This document shows positions 58,231-61,146 of a stretch of 61,146 nt of DNA, piece by piece; the stretch's first letter is position 1, and every line of letters begins with the position of its first letter. The position numbers were made by a program, and so were the translations under genes. The notes under the pieces are model-generated. The model had not been told where the DNA came from. It made no database searches and worked only from the letters and a program-made list of their open reading frames with translations. The DNA lies in the NCBI GenBank assembly GCA_046289975.1, contig JBKBUQ010000002.1, positions 1 to 61,146 on the forward strand. The letters run 5' to 3'. Source of the DNA: Flavobacteriales bacterium. GTDB lineage: Bacteria > Bacteroidota > Bacteroidia > Flavobacteriales_D > UBA2798.

Positions 58231-60275
58231 GTATGAATTTCGATCTTTCAATTGAGATTTCGGAGGAATATGATTTTAGCAGTGGTGGATTGTCGAAAAT
58301 AGAACAAAATCCATGGGTTAAAAATCAATGGCCTTTGGTTTATTTTATTCAGAATCGCAGTGAAAAACTAGCATATGTTGGTGAGTCTACCAATGCATCA
58401 AGTCGATTTAAGAATCACCTTTCAAATCCACAGCGATTAAAACTTAATAAGATCTCGATTATAGGATCAGATAAATTCAACAAGTCTGCAACACTAGATC
58501 TTGAGGCAAATTTGATTCAGTATTTAACCGCTGAGGGAAGTTATAGTTTGCAAAATGGTAATCATGGCTTAATTAACCATAATTATTATCAGCAGGATTT
58601 ATATAAAAATTTGTTTCATGAAGTGTGGAAAAAGCTTCTGGAAAAAAAGATTGTTACAAAGACATTGTCTGAGATCGAAAACTCGGAGCTTTTCAAATAT
58701 TCTCCTTACAAAACATTAAATGAAGATCAGTTCAATTCTGTTCTTGAGATTTTGAATGGTCTTGTTGGAAAAAAGTCAAATCAGATATTTGTGAGAGGTT
58801 CTGCAGGAACTGGAAAAACAATTTTGGCCACTTATTTAATCAAGTTGTTAAACACCAATTTCGATGACAACCTTGATGATATTAATGAAAACGAATTAAC
58901 GGAGTTGAATTATGTCAGGAAATTTAGATCAAAATACCCAAATCCAAAAATTGGATTGGTTGTTGCAATGTCTTCGCTGAGAACTACACTGGAGAATGTA
59001 TTTAAAAACATGCCCGGTTTAAAGGCCACAATGGTAATTAGTCCGTCAGACACCTTTAAGTTAAAGGAGAAATATGACTTATTAATTGTTGACGAGTCCC
59101 ATAGGCTAAGGCAGTATAAGAACATTTCATGGCGAGGGGCGTTTAAAGCGAACAACAAAAAGTTGGGGTTGGGGGATGAGGGAAATGAACTCGATTGGAT
59201 TTTGGCAAACAGCAAAAATCAAATTTTCTTTTACGATTCAGCCCAAAGCGTTAAGCCTTCTGATATTTCTGAAAAGCATTTTAAAAAACTATTGGATAGC
59301 GATAAAAGCGTAAAGCTTGAGTTGAAATCACAAATGAGGGTTAAAGGTGAAGACAACAACAATTACATAAGCTTTGTGGATGATTTGTTGCATGTTAAAG
59401 CCGAAGAACAGGTTTTTTCTCCCAGAGGATATGATCTTTTGTTCTTTGATTCGTTTGAACAGATGTACCAAGAGCTTGCGAAAAAGGAAGATCAATTTGG
59501 TCTTTGCAGAATGGTTGCCGGTTATGCCTGGGAGTGGTTGTCAGATCCAAAAAGAAAGCCAAAGCCCAATGCAAATGTTACCGATTTTGATTTCGATGGA
59601 TTAAAATTCAAATGGAATTCAACACACATAGACTGGGTTAACTCTCCAAAAGCATTTAACGAGATTGGATGTATTCATACCACTCAAGGATATGATTTGA
59701 ATTTTACTGGGGTGATTTTTGGATGGGAAATTGATTACAATCCCCAAACGAATAGTATAGAAATTGATGCAACAAAGTATTTTGATAAATACGGTCGAAT
59801 AGGAGCAGATGAAACAGAACTCAGGAATTATATAATTAATATTTACAAGACAATTATGTTCAGGGGCGTCAGGGGGACATATGTTTATGCCTGCAATCCC
59901 AACATGAAAGAATATCTCAAAAGGCACATTGAAAAATTTGTACCCAGTATTGGAATAAGGTTTTTGGATTATGATAAAGTAAAACCATATGTTAATTCTG
60001 TTCCTTTTTTGGATATAAAAGCAGCAGCAGGAGGTTTCAGTGGTTTCCAGAACTACAAAGAGTTAAAATGGGTCGAGCTCCCTGATAATATCGCAGCCCG
60101 AATGGGCTACTTTGTTTGCCAGGTTGTTGGCGATTCGATGAACAAGGAAATTCCAAACGGCTCTCTTTGTCTCTTTAAACAGGACGAAGGTGGAAGCAGG
60201 AATGGAAAAATTGTACTTGTTGAATGTTTTGATATCCAAGATCCGGACACAGGCGCTTCCTTTACAGTAAAATAG
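58227..60275 (+). CDS. GIY-YIG nuclease / DUF2075 (Schlafen group-3-type helicase P-loop) / LexA-like S24 peptidase fusion protein, terminated by an in-frame TAG inside the S24 domain
   Basis: The N-terminus LVYFIQN-x7-AYVGEST..SRFKNH..LEANLIQ is GIY-YIG-like, as in the COG3410 family. The centre has FVRGSAGTGKTILATYL (Walker A), LLIVDESHRL (Walker B), IHTTQGYDLNFTGVIFG and MFRGVRGTYVYA. The C-terminus has KAAAGGF, QVVGDSMNKEIPNGSLCLF and FTVK (S24 cleavage-site, Ser and Lys motifs). Confidence 0.75.
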   Translation: MSMNFDLSIEISEEYDFSSGGLSKIEQNPWVKNQWPLVYFIQNRSEKLAYVGESTNASSRFKNHLSNPQRLKLNKISIIGSDKFNKSATLDLEANLIQYLTAEGSYSLQNGNHGLINHNYYQQDLYKNLFHEVWKKLLEKKIVTKTLSEIENSELFKYSPYKTLNEDQFNSVLEILNGLVGKKSNQIFVRGSAGTGKTILATYLIKLLNTNFDDNLDDINENELTELNYVRKFRSKYPNPKIGLVVAMSSLRTTLENVFKNMPGLKATMVISPSDTFKLKEKYDLLIVDESHRLRQYKNISWRGAFKANNKKLGLGDEGNELDWILANSKNQIFFYDSAQSVKPSDISEKHFKKLLDSDKSVKLELKSQMRVKGEDNNNYISFVDDLLHVKAEEQVFSPRGYDLLFFDSFEQMYQELAKKEDQFGLCRMVAGYAWEWLSDPKRKPKPNANVTDFDFDGLKFKWNSTHIDWVNSPKAFNEIGCIHTTQGYDLNFTGVIFGWEIDYNPQTNSIEIDATKYFDKYGRIGADETELRNYIINIYKTIMFRGVRGTYVYACNPNMKEYLKRHIEKFVPSIGIRFLDYDKVKPYVNSVPFLDIKAAAGGFSGFQNYKELKWVELPDNIAARMGYFVCQVVGDSMNKEIPNGSLCLFKQDEGGSRNGKIVLVECFDIQDPDTGASFTVK

Positions 60276-60434
60276 TATGCTAGTGTTAAGAGCCAAGACA
60301 AAGATGGATGGGCGCATGAAAAAATTGTGTTAAAACCACGTTCAACATATTCTACTTATAAAGATATAGTCTTAACTAAGGAAGATGTGTCATCATTTAA
60401 AGTAATTGGTTTGTTTGATCGTGTAATTTTATAA
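60276..60434 (+). other. In-frame continuation of the S24 peptidase domain beyond the TAG stop (52 codons)
   Basis: My hand translation in the same frame gives YASVKSQDKDGWAHEKIVLKPRSTYSTYKDIVLTKEDVSSFKVIGLFDRVIL*. This matches the usual LexA/UmuD C-terminal strands (..v.L.P.n..y..i.l......i.G.v..vi). Confidence 0.65.
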
Positions 60435-60436
60435 TT

Positions 60437-61017
60437 GTGCCGGTTCGGGTTATCATATTAATTTTCATTTTACCTTTCAGTGTATCCGCCCAATCCCAAC
60501 GGAACGGAGGAATAGAATCGCGGGTACATTTCAGTAAATCCTTCGGGTATGAATACGCTAATTTATTAACCGGAGCACTTGCTTTTGTACGATACAAAGA
60601 ATTAGAAATCTATTTCGGCTACAACACCACACCGCAAGGTCAATTCAAGTTTGATTTTTCTAATTCAGGCAGTTCGGTTGTTGGTCTTGATTTCGGTGGG
60701 AAATATCATCTTTTATCCAAAACAAGTAAAAGTCATTTTTTTGGAGAACTCAACACCCATCATCATCGTTTTGTAAACAATCGCTGCAGATATCCCTGTG
60801 GAATACATTCCAATCCTATTTATTACTCCCACGGTGTTGATAAAAAATGCAGCACCTCCAACATCCACCTCGCTGTCGGTACGAAACCTTCTTTACCAAA
60901 CGCATTTCATTACCGATCTCTATTGGTGGCGGAATTAGTCGCATCAACACCACTTCACTCAATAATCCCCACTCTCCGGTAACAAGTGGAATTTCATGGA
61001 TCTTTTCTCCCTTTTGA
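60437..61017 (+). pseudogene. Probable frameshifted outer-membrane beta-barrel protein gene
   Basis: The N-terminus (GTG start, signal VIILIFILPFSVSAQ, then beta-strand-like YFGYNTTPQGQFKFDF..GLDFGGKYHLL) degrades into implausible sequence (HHHRFVNNRCRYPCG). Another frame ends ...ISIGGGISRINTTSL..SGISWIFSPF*, which has an OMP-type terminal Phe. Confidence 0.4.
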
Positions 61018-61096
61018 AAGTCGCCTTAGGATTTATTTTGGAATGAATTAGGCTGGTGATCAGTTATTGGTAAACAGTGAACAATCAATATTGAAC

Positions 61097-61146
61097 GATA
61101 ACTAAATAACACTTAACTAATAACTAATAACTAATAACTAATAACT
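61097..61146. repeat. Heptamer tandem array (TAACTAA) running into the window edge
   Basis: ...ataacta aataaca cttaactaa taactaa taactaa taactaa taact; it is truncated by the window end. Confidence 0.85.

Overview
A 61.1-kb chromosomal segment from a Bacteroidota bacterium. The phylum call rests on type-A and type-B T9SS C-terminal sorting domains, PorP/SprF, an IPExxxVDY protein and DUF3078. The core (about 3.1-57.6 kb) holds housekeeping and cell-surface genes: asd, pyk, phhA, a DEAD-box helicase, nadD-gmk-yicC, polA, kdsA-kdsD, a SulP/beta-carbonic-anhydrase/TetR operon, an ABC-HlyD-TolC export trio, a tricorn-like S41 protease, an H1-tail/SWIB protein and five T9SS cargo proteins, one paired with PorP/SprF. 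Both ends look like AT-richer accessory DNA. At the left end (1-3.0 kb), an HxlR/oxidoreductase cassette is bracketed by two copies of a roughly 145-nt hairpin-forming repeat and abuts two IS3-family transposase 3' fragments. The right end (about 57.7-61.1 kb) carries the most interesting locus. A MazG-like nucleotide pyrophosphohydrolase overlaps by 4 nt (ATGA) with a large fusion protein: GIY-YIG nuclease, DUF2075 (Schlafen-type helicase P-loop) and a LexA-like S24 self-cleaving peptidase. The S24 domain is cut by an in-frame TAG directly after its predicted catalytic Lys. The locus is flanked by unrelated 7-8-nt tandem arrays and followed by a multiply frameshifted beta-barrel gene. I propose it as a candidate, possibly decaying, DNA-damage- or phage-triggered defence module. 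No rRNA, tRNA or CRISPR array was recognised. All domain calls come from motif recognition by eye, not from database searches.
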